A stretch of 64,000 bases of DNA from Octopus sinensis (taxonomy: Eukaryota), in assembly GCF_006345805.1 (NCBI RefSeq), contig NC_043004.1:105710001-105774000 (forward strand), in the 5' to 3' direction. The position numbers and the translations under genes are program-made. The notes under the pieces were generated by a model. It was not told where the DNA came from. It was given only the letters and a program-made list of their open reading frames with translations, and did not search any database. Below, one piece after another: positions 1 to 11,062 of the stretch. The first letter of the stretch is position 1; each line of letters begins with the position of its first letter.

Positions 1-239
1 GTGCATGTGTGTGTATGCATTTGTGTTTATGTGTGTGTTTATGTGCATGTGCAGGTGAGTGTATGCGTGTGTGTGTATATATATTAGTGTGCATGGTGTG
101 TGTATGTGTGTGTGTGTGTATATATTGGTGTGCATGTGTGTATGTGTGCTTGTGTGTGCGTATGTGTGTACGTGCATGTATGTTTGTGTGCATGTGCACC
201 TGTATGTGTGGGTGTATGTGTATGTATGTGTATATAGGT
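1..239. repeat. Compound (GT)n/(GTAT)n microsatellite
   Basis: Alternating gt/at units throughout; explains the C/V/M-rich ORFs. Confidence 0.95.
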
Positions 240-399
240 GCAGGAGTGGCTGTGTGGTAAGTAGCTTGCTTACCAACCCCATGGTTCCGGGTTCAGTCCC
301 ACTGCGTGGCACCTTGGGCAAGTGCCTTCTACTATAGCCTCGGGCCAACCAAAGCCTTGTGAGTGGATTTGGTAGACGGAAACTGAAAGAAGCCTGTCG

Positions 400-444
<45 letters not shown>

Positions 445-672
445 ATATGTTTGTATGTCTGTGTTTGTTCCTCCAATATCGCTTGACAACTGATGCTGGT
501 GTGTTTATATTCTCGTGATTTAGCGGTTCGGCAAAAGAGATCGATAGAATAAGTACTAGGCTTACAAAGAATAAGTCCTGGGGTCAATTTGATCGACTAA
601 AGGTGGTGCTCCAGCATGGCCACAGTCAAATGACTGAAACAAGTAAAAGAGTAAAGAGTAAAGAGTAAAGAG
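240..672 (+). mobile_element. SINE family A, full length (tRNA-like head, core, internal TA/GT microsatellite, 3' tail)
   Basis: Pol III A-box-like tggctgtgtgg, B-box-like ggttcagtccc, core ccttgggcaagtg, tail gactgaaacaagtaaaagag(taaagag)n; same text recurs more than 20 times in the window. Confidence 0.9.
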
Positions 673-729
673 TATGCATGTGCATATGCATGAGTGAATG
701 TGTGGTGCGTGTGTCTGTGTGTGTTTGTA

Positions 730-773
<44 letters not shown>

Positions 774-842
774 TGTGTACATGTGCACGTGTATGTGTGA
801 GTTTATGTGTGTGTGTTTGTGTTGTGTGTGTGTGTGTGTTGA

Positions 843-1066
843 GTGTTTGTTCCTCAACACTGCTTGACAACCAGTGTTAGTGTATTTATGTCCCCATAAC
901 TTAGCAGTTTGGCAAAAGAGACCAACAAAATAAGTACCAGACTTGGGAATAAGTTCTGGGGCCAATTTATTCAACTAAACCTTCAAAAGTGGTGCTCCAG
1001 CATGGTCGCAGCCCATGCTGGAGCACCGCAGTGGCTGAAACAAGTAAAAGATAAAAGATAAAAGAT
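843..1066 (+). mobile_element. SINE family A, 3' half
   Basis: Matches 470-672, ends in (taaaaga)n tail; contains a local fold-back at 991-1027. Confidence 0.85.
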
Positions 1067-1074
1067 ACGCAATA

Positions 1075-1430
1075 AACACAACAGCAACAACAATAACAAC
1101 ACCAACAACTAGAATAATAACATGTACAGTGACAACAACAACAACAACAACATATGCAGTAACAAAGCAGTAACAACAACAGTAACCATTATCAACAACA
1201 TATACAGTAACAGCAGTAACACATGCTGTAGCAGCAACAACAACAACAACTATGGAAGCGGCAGCAACATCATCAACAACAACAACAACAACGGCAGCAC
1301 AGTTCTTACCAAGACATTTATGGCATTGTTAAGTGTGTCGATGAAATGATTAGCAATGGTGGTGGTGGTGGTGGTGGTGGGAAGAGTAGTTATAATGGTG
1401 GTGGTGGTGGTGGGAAGAGTAGTTGTAACA
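1075..1430. repeat. (CAA/CAG)n then (GGT)n low-complexity tracts
   Basis: Direct inspection. Confidence 0.9.
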
Positions 1431-1671
1431 TGATGGTGCTGACAGGGATGCAGATGGTTGGTGGCAGTGACAGTAGATGTCGTACTCGCTGTCTTTACAC
1501 CTTCACTTCTACTTCTGCTCTCAATGTTGTTTGCATGATATATAGATGTGTGTGTGTATATATATATAGATAGATGTGTGTGTGTGTATATATTATGTGT
1601 GCTTGGCATTTTGTTTCCATACATGAGATTTGTATTTGCACAAGACTGAATATAAGATTTTCATCCATCTG

Positions 1672-1990
1672 TCTATCCATCCATCCATCCATCCATCCAT
1701 CCATCCATCCATCCATCCATCCATCCATCCTTTTATCTATCTATCAATCAACACATAGACACACACACACACATACGTACATACATACATACATACATAC
1801 ATACATACACACACATACACATACATTCATACATACACACATACATACATACATACATATATACATACATACATACATTCATACATACACACATACATAC
1901 ATACATATATACATACATACATACATACTTCATACACACACATACACATACATACATACATACATACATACACACATACATACATACATG
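1672..1990. repeat. (CCAT)n followed by (CATA)n microsatellites
   Basis: Direct inspection; source of the MDGW and MYVC ORFs. Confidence 0.95.
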
Positions 1991-2015
1991 TTATTCATAT
2001 AGATGTATATATCAT

Positions 2016-2270
2016 CGTCATCATCGTTTAATGTCTGTTTTGATGGTTTGACTCAGAACTGGTAAGACAGGAGGCTGCAGCAGGCCCCAATCTGATTTGG
2101 CAAGGTTTCTACACATAGATGCCCTTCCTCATGCCAACCACTCCGATAGTGTGGTGGGTGCTTTTTACATGCAAGTGGCAGGGGTGCCAGTCAGGTGGCA
2201 CTGGCATCAGCCATAGCATCAATTTTTACTTGGTTCAACAGGTCTTCACAAGCACGGCATATCACCCGAC
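2016..2270 (-). mobile_element. Family B (RTE LINE 3' UTR copy), diverged
   Basis: catcatcatcgtttaa tail complement and gatgcccttcct..gccaaccactcc match the reverse complement of 44400-44600. Confidence 0.8.
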
Positions 2271-2349
2271 AACTGGACGGTGCTTCTAAATGTCATTGAT
2301 CATACATACATACATATATATATATATAAATAATATGTATGCATAGCTA

Positions 2350-2821
2350 TCATCATCATCATCACCATCATTTAGCATCCGTTTTCCATGCAGGCATGGG
2401 TTAGATGGTTTGACTGGAACTGGTAAGCTTGAGAGCTGTGCCAGGTTCCAGTCTGATTTGGCATGGTTTTTACACTGGGATGTCCTTTCTAACACCAACC
2501 ACTTCTAGAGTGCAATGGATGTTTTTATATGCCACCAGCACATGTGCCAGTTATGTGACACTGGCATTGGCCACGGCTACAATTCCATTTGGCTTGATGA
2601 GTCTTTTTAAGCATGGCATATCACCAAAGGTGTCGGTCACTTATCACACCTCTATGCAGCCCAACGTTTGAAGGGTGATTTTTACGTGCCACCAGCATGG
2701 GTGCCTGTTACATGGCATTGGCCACAACTACAATTTCACTTAGGCTTGATGGGTGTTCTCTAGTACGGCATATCACCAAAGGTCTTGGTCATTTGTCATT
2801 GCCTCCATGAGGCCCAATGTT
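2350..2821 (-). mobile_element. Family B (RTE 3' UTR), long copy with internal tandem units
   Basis: Same diagnostic motifs, plus two ~150 bp tandem units at 2521-2668 and 2679-2821. Confidence 0.8.
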
Positions 2822-2850
2822 ATGTGTGTGTGTGTGTGTGTGTGTGTGTG

Positions 2851-3145
2851 AAGGCACATGGCTCAGTGGTTTAAATGTTGCACTCACAATCATGAGATCG
2901 TGGGTTCGATCCCCAGACTGGGCATTGCAGTGTGCTCTTAAGCAAAACACTTCATTTCACGTTGCTCTGTGATCATTTCATCATCTGACATGTGGCACCC
3001 ATTGACCAAGTACAGGTAATATCGATTTGATGGAGGGAGTGAGCTTGTGTCTACACAAACATTTGATCACTATAAACAAATGATCTGTGTTGTTATTCGG
3101 TAAGAAATTGTTAATCCCTCAAACGTTGTCTAACAACAGGTGAGT

Positions 3146-3147
<2 letters not shown>
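2851..3147 (+). mobile_element. SINE family E (tRNA head plus CORE/V-like domain)
   Basis: A-box tggctcagtgg, B-box ggttcgatccc, core gtgtgctcttaagcaaaacacttcatttcac. Confidence 0.75.
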
Positions 3148-3187
<40 letters not shown>

Positions 3188-3195
<8 letters not shown>

Positions 3196-3340
3196 TTCGG
3201 AATGGTCATTTTGCCAGTTTAGCCAATAAAAACACCCGCACTATATATTTGGTGTTACTTTGCTTCAGTGTTATTTATTTTTTACATTAATCTTAATCTT
3301 ATTGGCTAAACTGGCAAAATGACCATTCCGAAATATAATA
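3188..3340. repeat. Perfect 42-bp inverted repeat with 69-bp spacer inside (TA)n
   Basis: 3188-3229 is the exact reverse complement of 3299-3340. Confidence 0.95.
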
Positions 3341-3423
3341 ATATCTGTTTCAACACACGACTTCACATAAAAAATCTTGCACAACAAATATATAAACGTA
3401 CTATATATATATATATATATACA

Positions 3424-3842
3424 TACATTAAATCCTCGTGTATAGTCCACCAGCAGCACCTAGTCGAACAAACACTTCTGCACATGCGTAATACAATAAT
3501 GGTGATGTTCTTAATTGTTATATGGGAATGTAAATATGTTTGCAAATTGTTTTTGCAACATGTTATTCTGTGTTCTGAATACTTTTATTTTAATAAATGT
3601 TGCTTACTGCAAGTTATGGATGATTCTTTTATGACTTCATTGCTTTCAGGCTTAGCTTAAGGTATTTTCGCGCCTGACATCACAAAATGTGTCTGAATAA
3701 ACATTGCCGGACAGCAAATAGAGACTCGGACATTGCTTAGAAAATATTTTTCATTTTTAACCTCGTATATAGTATGCACTAGGGATTTTGACCTTTAAAT
3801 TTTGGGAAAAAAATGCAGATTATACTTGAGGATTTACGGTAT
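3424..3842. mobile_element. Tc1/mariner(pogo)-like MITE
   Basis: Imperfect TIRs ta-cattaaatcctcgtgtatagtc and gattatacttgaggatttacgg-ta, TA flanks, no ORF. Confidence 0.65.
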
Positions 3843-4515
3843 ATACATATATATATATATATAATGTATATTTGGATGTACGTATGTATATGACAATATA
3901 CATTTTACTTTCTAGAGTAGGTATACTGTATCCTTGTGCATAGGATTGGCATCAAGAAGCGCATCCATCCATAAAGCACTGTCTCTGAAACTCCTTCAAA
4001 CATATACTAGCATTAATAAAAAGGCATTAAAAAAATGATAATAATAGATATACATAAATCATCCAACTACTACCATAGTTGAATAATATTCTTACAGCCG
4101 CAATTTACTCACATGCAGCATCTTCAGAGCTTGTCGCTAATTCACTTCTTAACCAAATGGAAAACCATTAATATTTTTGAAGAGGACTGATTCCTAGATT
4201 CATTTTAGCATAAAAAATTGAGATTTGGTTCAGTAGAAAAAAGTTTACATCAAAATTTGTAACAACGTTATAGGAGAGAGTAAGTAACACCTCCAATCAA
4301 GTTTAGATCGAAATAGATTATTTTAATTTAAAAGCAAAATATATTTATCTTAGCTTCAATGATAGAAGAAAGCATGAAGAGTTTCTTAGTTTTGGTCCCA
4401 TGTAACAAGAAATTGCATCAAAAAAGTTGTGAGGTAAAATATGAAAAAAATGTAAGGCAAAATATTGGATTTAAGTATTATTAACTTCTTCCTATCCTCA
4501 CCAGTTTCCAGTAAG

Positions 4516-4561
<46 letters not shown>

Positions 4562-4566
<5 letters not shown>

Positions 4567-4637
4567 CAATTAAGGAACGGCCATAATAGGCCATTCACAC
4601 GTGAATGGCCTATTATGGCCGTTCCTTAATTGTTAAT
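4562..4637. repeat. Near-perfect palindrome, 37-bp arms, 2-nt spacer
   Basis: 4562-4598 is the exact reverse complement of 4601-4637; abuts (TA)n at 4518-4560. Confidence 0.95.
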
Positions 4638-5011
4638 GTTGAACTTAAAAATGGTCTATGACTATTTAATTTTTTCCCACTGGGCCGCTGGTGGCAATAA
4701 AATTCTACAAAATTTTTCCTTGCCACCCTATATTGATTATATATATATATATATATATATATACATTCACATACACAAATATATACACATGCATACATAC
4801 ACATATTCTTAAATATGTCTACATATATCTGCATATCTGACAGACTGGACAACTGCATTGTACTCCGGTGTCTCGTTTTAAGCATGGTTTCCATGGCTGG
4901 ATGGCTCTCCTAACGCTCACCTCTTTTTGTAGTATACTTAATACTTTTCCACGGCACCTGCATAAATGTAACTTGCAAGGTTACAGAATACACCATGACA
5001 GAAAAATGAGT

Positions 5012-5049
<38 letters not shown>

Positions 5050-5179
5050 TGGCTTTTGGTAAGGTGATGAGAGATGGTAAATTATAATAAGCAGAAGTGA
5101 TTTATTGTTGTGAAAGGTGGAAACGGGAATAGTAACTGAGAAAACATTATTGGGAGGGACAAAAGGAAAGAGATGACCC

Positions 5180-5625
5180 CAGCTTTCACCAATTCTTCCC
5201 ACACCTCTCATGTTTACCCCATCCTGGGGTGTCTTCCACCTGGATAGCATAACATTTCTTTAACCATATTTTATTGTCCATAAGTATCATGGCACCTGTA
5301 CCAGAGTAGCCTTCTCTCCTGCAAACTGATTTTGATTCCTCTTATACCCATTTTCCACCTGTATTTCATTTGTCCATAATCATTCTTATTCTGTGTTCAG
5401 CATTCACAAATCCTTCCTATTCATTGCTCACGTCTCACTTCCATGCACAAGTGTTTCACTTCATGCTCTTCGATCATACAATGTTTATTTCACTTAGAAA
5501 AAGGATCCCTTTGTTGCTGGTGGCTGAAATAATTCCTTAAACTTGATCTTTCTCATTCTTAATCTTAGGCCATCCAGCTTTAAGCTTATCATGTTTGCAA
5601 AAACATCTGAGGATAACTTAATTCA
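5180..5625 (-). mobile_element. Decayed RTE-clade LINE ORF2 C-terminal fragment
   Basis: Minus-strand translation with frameshifts gives HGSET..MGIRGIKISLQERRLLWY..KKCYAIQVE..WEELVK, the RTE terminal motif. Confidence 0.7.
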
Positions 5626-5698
5626 TACCGATCGCTATTAATTATTTATCATGCTCATTATATATAAATGTGTGTGTGTGTGTGTGGGTGTGTGTATG

Positions 5699-6170
5699 AA
5701 GGCATAGTTATATGGTTAAAGAAGTTCACCTTGAACCAGATTGTTTTGTGTTCAATCCCACAGTGTGACACTTTGGATGAGTGTCTTCTACTATAGCCCT
5801 ACACCAACCAATTCCTTGTGAGTGAATTTAGTGAGCTAGCAGAAATTGAGTTCAATTTCTGCTGAGGTCAATTTTGTCTTTCATCCTTTTTGGATCAATA
5901 AATTAGGTACTAGTTGTGTACTGGGGTCGATCTATTCAACTGGCCCCCTCCCCCAAAATTACGGGCCTTGTGCCTAAAGCAGAAAAGAATTTAGTCGACA
6001 GAAATTGTGTAGAAGTCTGCTGTGTGCGTATACATGTATGTGTTTGTGTGTATATGTGTGTCTGCTTTTGCTCCCAGCCAACTGTTTGACAACTGTTGTT
6101 GGTTTCCTAACATTCCTGTGTCTCAATGGCATAAAAGACCAACAGAATAAATACCAAATTTTAGAATAAT
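5699..6170 (+). mobile_element. Old SINE family A copy interrupted by a family D insertion (5838-5990)
   Basis: A head and tail flank a D segment; gaatttagt occurs on both sides of the insert. Confidence 0.7.
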
Positions 6171-6173
6171 GCT

Positions 6174-6895
6174 CTCTTTTACTCTTTTACTTGTTTCAGT
6201 CATTTGACTGCTGCTATGCTGGAGCACCATCTTAAAGGGTTTTAGTCAAAGAAATCAACTGCAGGACTTATGCCTAGTACTTTTTCTATCAGTGTCTTTC
6301 ACCGAACCTCTAAGTTACAGGGACCTAAAAACACCAGCATTGGTTGTCAAGCAATGATGGGAGGACAAAGACAGACGCAGACATGCAAACACACACATGC
6401 ACGCACGCGCGCGCACACACACACACACACATACACATATATATACCTATTTTTTTACTACCCACAAGGGGCTAAACACAGAGAGGACAAACAAGGACAG
6501 ACAAACCGATCAAGTCGATTATATCGACCACAGTACGTAACTGGTACTTATTTAATCGACCCCGAAAGGATGAAAGGTAAAGTCGACCTCAGCGGAATTT
6601 GAACTCAGAACTTAGCGGCAGACAAAATACCACTAAGCATTTCGCCCAGTGTGCTAACGATTCTGCCAGCTCACCGCCTTGGTATATATACGTGTATGTT
6701 GGCGAGCCATACACATATATATATACCATGGGCTCCTTTCAGTTTCCATCTACCAAATTTTCTCACTAGGCTTTGGTTGGCCCAAAGCTATATATTAGAT
6801 ATTTGCCCGAGGTCTCATACAGTGGGACTGAACCTGGAACAATGTGGTTGGGAAGCAAGCTTCTTACCACACAACCACACCTCCACCTGTTTGAT
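6174..6895 (-). mobile_element. SINE family A split by a nested family D element
   Basis: A tail half 6174-6440 and A head half 6727-6895 on minus strand. Confidence 0.8.
6447..6680 (-). mobile_element. SINE family D variant, nested in the A microsatellite
   Basis: Reverse complement of aaggcggtgagctggcagaatcgttagc..gagttcaaattcc..ggtcgactttacctttcatcctttcggggtcgat. Confidence 0.85.
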
Positions 6896-7509
6896 TTAAA
6901 AGAAATAAACCTTTTGAAATTAGTGCCCCAGCACTAGCACAGTCCAATGACTATAACAAGTAAAAGATGGTGGTGCTCCAGCATGACCACAGCTGCATGG
7001 CTGAAACGAGTAAAGAGTAAAAGAGATCTCAAAACTGATTATCTTCATCAATAAAAATTGTACATTAATCTGGGAATAACTTGTCAACATTGCAGCAATG
7101 TAGCTAAACTTGGATCCAAATGGTAGAATGAAATTGTCACCTGCTTTAGATGTTGTTATTCCTGCAAAGGTGAAGTGAATTTCAATAAAAGCAGAAAAAG
7201 TTAGTGTCAGCAACTTTACATTCTTCAGTAAAGAAAGACTGCAACAGGAAATTAATGGCCTTCTTCAATTCAATTGAGCATCAAGATCTTGCATCATTTG
7301 AAGTGACTAAAAAGAAGCTTAAAAGAAAAGCCGATGTCATTAAAAGTTGATAGGAAACTGCTTGTAATGTTTCCAGTTCATTGCAAAGTTGCAGAATGCT
7401 GGTTTCAATCTTTGGCACAAGGCCAGAAAGTTTGGGGAAGGGAGTAGGTTGATTACACCAATTCCAGTGCTCTTCTGGTAATTATTTTATTGACCCCGTT
7501 TAATAATTA

Positions 7510-8700
7510 CACCATCCTCCCAGCTGTTTTTTTTTTTTTACCATATCTACAGGTTTAAAAAAAAAAAAAACGTTGTCACCTAACTTGAAGAATTTGTGAA
7601 GTAGATTTGTTTTTGGCTTTTTTTCTATTTTCACTCAGTATCAACTTATCAAAAACGGATCTGATCTTTCTAGTAACCTTTCATCAATTCTGTGGGTTTC
7701 ATTCCAGACAGGGTATTCAGATTAGGTGCTACTTGGTACACTCTTAGAAATTATTGAAGTGCAAGATCATCCATTACTTCATTGTTCACCTTTTACAATT
7801 GCCCTCTTTCTAAGTGTCAACAAAACATTCTTCTTGTCCATTTGATCGAGGATGATGCAGTGGAGTGGTGACTTCTTCAATGATGAACATTTTACAAAAT
7901 TTTCTGAAGTCATCTGATGTAAATTGAGTTCTATTATCAGACACAATGGTATCAGGAATACCATATCTTGTGAATAATTTGTGTAAAAAGCTTACTGTAA
8001 CTGCAGATGTTGGCTTTTAACATTTATGCATTTCCAGCCACTTTGAGAAACTGTCCACCACAACAAGGTAATATAAACCTTTAAGTGGTCCAACATAACG
8101 AACATGCAGTCTGGACCATGGAATATCTGCTTTTGGCCATGGTTGCTATTTAGTGGTGGGTACTATAGCAGCTAAGGCACACCCTCTGTATGCTTTCACT
8201 GATTCTTCAATGTCATGGTCCATTGCTCGCCAATATACATAACTTTCCATTAATGATTTCATTCTCAAAATCCCTGGGTGACCAATAGGAAATTCCTTTA
8301 ATAATCACTTTTGCAGTGTGGCTTGTACTATAACTCTTTGTGCATACATCAACATATTGTCACACATTGAGAAATAGCTTGCATTTTTATCTCTTCTAGC
8401 CTTCAGTATTCCTTTCATCTTTTTAATGTATTTATCATTTTCCAATTTTAATTTTATGTCTCATAAAGTAGCTGGTAGTTCACGTATGACGTTACACAAA
8501 GCATTTTTAATTTCATCTTCTGCTTACAAAGCAGCAATCATGGTATTTTCAAATGGTTCAGTATTTTTTGAAAGCAGTCTTGATAAACAATCAGCATGAC
8601 CTAATTTCTTGGATGGTAAAAAAATCTTAAAATCATAGTTTAATAATATCATACCCCAGTGCTGCAACCTAAGGGCAGTATGGGTAGGGATTCCTCCTTT
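7510..8700 (-). pseudogene. Ty3/Gypsy pol remnant: RNase H end plus integrase
   Basis: GIPTHTALRLQHWG..LGHADCLSRL (RNase H end), HPGI..YVYW..GCALA (zinc finger, degenerate), YLVVVDSFSKW, IVSDN.TQFTS, HHPRSNGQ (DDE core); several stops. Confidence 0.9.
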
Positions 8701-9419
8701 CTCTTCAATTTTATCTGCATCATGTTGCAGATTTATAATCCTCTGATGTTCTTCTGCTACTGTCTGCAGAGTTAAAATTTGGTCCTGTTCTAAATTTGTT
8801 AATATCTGGGAATGTATATCTGCATTTTTTGCTTGCAGTGATCCCTTAAACAAAATTTAAACACTTGAACATGTCTGGGGTCAACTCTTTCAATTTGAAT
8901 TTCTTACACTCTTTTAACCACTTCAGTATAGGTGACAATATCTTTTTTGACCAAATTTAAACATTGCCAGTGAGTATTGAAGAGGGAGCATTTTCACTGG
9001 AAATTTTCGATAAAAAGTGAATTGTTTCATCAAAATAAATCTCATCTGGTTCCTCAGCAGAACATAGTTACTATTTTTTTGTGTTTGGCAAGGGATAATT
9101 TTCTTAAAAGCAGTCACGCCTTTTTCTTGTTTGACCAACTTTTACATTCTTCTTTGAAGATTTCTTCATATCTTTGAATATGTGCAGAGAAGGCAATCCC
9201 TTCTGGATTATAGCTGAATTCTTCCACTGAGTTTGCTACACTGTCTGGCAAGTATGAACCTAAAGTATTTTCAGACTTCTTCAAAATTAATTCTAGCAAC
9301 GGTTGGTTTTGCTGTTGTTGTTGCTGCTGCTGCAGTTGTTGCTGTAGTTGCTACTGTTGCTGCTGTTGGTGCTGCTGTTGCCTTTGTAACTGCATTACGG
9401 AGGTCAATAAATCTTCCAG
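8700..9419 (-). pseudogene. Ty3/Gypsy gag remnant with polyQ N-terminus
   Basis: EDLLTSVMQLQRQQQ..LLELILKK..EFSYNPEG..RYEEIF..W..KK and LEQDQILTLQTVAEEHQRIINLQHD; stops and frameshifts. Confidence 0.75.
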
Positions 9420-9487
9420 GTTAAACAATTTTTTCTTTGGGTTTGTATCAGATAAAATTTTAAATGTCCAATGCAAGCTTCGAACAA

Positions 9488-9497
9488 CTCGTCACCA
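9488..9497 (-). promoter_or_regulatory. Primer binding site complementary to tRNA-Ser(GCT) 3' end
   Basis: TGGTGACGAG, one CpG transition from TGGCGACGAG; lies between the LTR and gag. Confidence 0.7.
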
Positions 9498-9502
9498 CTT
9501 TT

Positions 9503-9671
9503 ATATCCTGGGGTTGGATACATAATTTAACAAAGCAGAGCGGAAAGAAAGTATTTACACAATGCAATTCGATTACTATTACACAAGACTCACTGCTCTC
9601 AATCAACGGTTCACAGAGAACTGTTTACCAATCCAAACTGCCAATCGCTCACAGTTCTTTATTTTATAACA
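9503..9671 (-). mobile_element. 5' LTR of the Gypsy element (~170 bp)
   Basis: Starts TGTTATAAAATAAAG on minus strand and ends just before the PBS; no matching 3' LTR found. Confidence 0.55.
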
Positions 9672-11062
9672 ATGTGTCAGTCCACCTTTAGTCACTCAAG
9701 TGGGGGTGGGGGGTTGGAATCCTTCCACAACAGTAGTATTTTCCCATAGCAAGATATACATTTTCATAAAAGACTAGGAATGAACAATCTCACTTGTACG
9801 ACAAAGATGTTCATTTACAACCATCAAAAGGTTGTAGTAGAAGACACAGAGTTATAGCAGAAAACCCATGCTTAAAATACTGCTCAGTGAGATTGAATCC
9901 AAGACCACATGGTTGGGAAGTAACCTTCTTAATCACACAGCCGCACTTGCACCAATGAATACAATTTCTCAAAATTCAACCAGATAATACAAACCAAAAA
10001 CAATGATTCCATCGAAAGATCCTTTGTGCTAGCAAGAGTAAGGAATGAATTACTTTTGGGTTCTCATTTCCATGTTTGGAAGAAGTGTCTGACAAATGTG
10101 TACAAGAATGTAACACATGTGCTTCACGCATGGTAAATGGTCAAGTACCATGAAGTGATGAAAGCAGTACTTCAACCAGAACTTCATTGTAGTCATGAAG
10201 GAGGGGACATCTAGCTACTTTTGTATGCAATATATGCTCAGCAACATCTTCAGTTAATGCCAACAACAGTATAAATCAGTTCTACCTCCCTGAACTGTTT
10301 GATTGGCTAAACATGCGATTAACATGTGACCTACATTTCTGCATCAAGGGACTATCACTTGACATCCAGCTGCCTTCATCTCTTAAAGGTATATGTCAAT
10401 GGTGGCCTTGCATTCAAGCTAATTTGTGCAACTCCCAAGATAATTTTAGGCTTCAGCTTTATTTTGCCTGAAGCAGTATTCACTGGAGATGTAAAAACAA
10501 AGGTACCTGAGAAACATATACTACATTTCTCCCAACCCTGTTCCTCTTCCTCTATCTCTCTCACTTCATTCTCTCTCCCCCCTCTCTCTCTCCATTCTCT
10601 CTCTCTCTCTCATCATCAACATGGTATTAAATAAATTGTTCAAAGATGTAAATAAAGTTGAACAATTTCATGTAAGAAATAGCAGTAAAACATGGCAGGT
10701 AAGGAGCAGCAAAGACATAAAATGTCCAAGCAGATAGAATTTCAAAGAGTTAAAAATGAAATTGGCATGGCAGGTAAAATTACTTGTTCAAAGATAGATG
10801 TTTTTAGAAACCGTTTTGAAAACCTGTTTGAATCAATGTGAAAACATTCTTTTTTCTATTTGTGTGTGTGATGTAAATACAAAATCAGAGAGAGAGAGAG
10901 AATTGTTAAGAATTGTTGAGAGATGTCAGACATGGATTTAGTTGGACAATGTGTTGTTCTATAGCAGACAGGTAAAATCTTTCACCATTTATAGTTATTG
11001 AGTCAAAGAAAGGGGTACCCAGATTTGATTTGAACCTATTGCACCATCAAACAAAAAGCTGC

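Noticed and set aside
240-320. tRNA genes at SINE heads (also 2851, 12713, 27811, 63650)
   Set aside because: A/B boxes are present but no complete cloverleaf or T-run terminator; they continue into SINE bodies.
615-650. Hairpin cagtca-aa-tgactg followed by GAAAC in the SINE A tail as a hammerhead
   Set aside because: No CUGANGA upstream; better explained as a LINE-type 3' recognition stem-loop.
9-2002. Many 60-190 aa ORFs such as MCVCV.., MYVCM.., YIYI.., HTHT..
   Set aside because: Translations of di/tetranucleotide microsatellites that lack stop codons; the same applies throughout the window.
7030-7380. Non-repetitive segment beside the Gypsy remnant as 3' LTR or exon
   Set aside because: No similarity to 9503-9671 and no recognisable protein motif.
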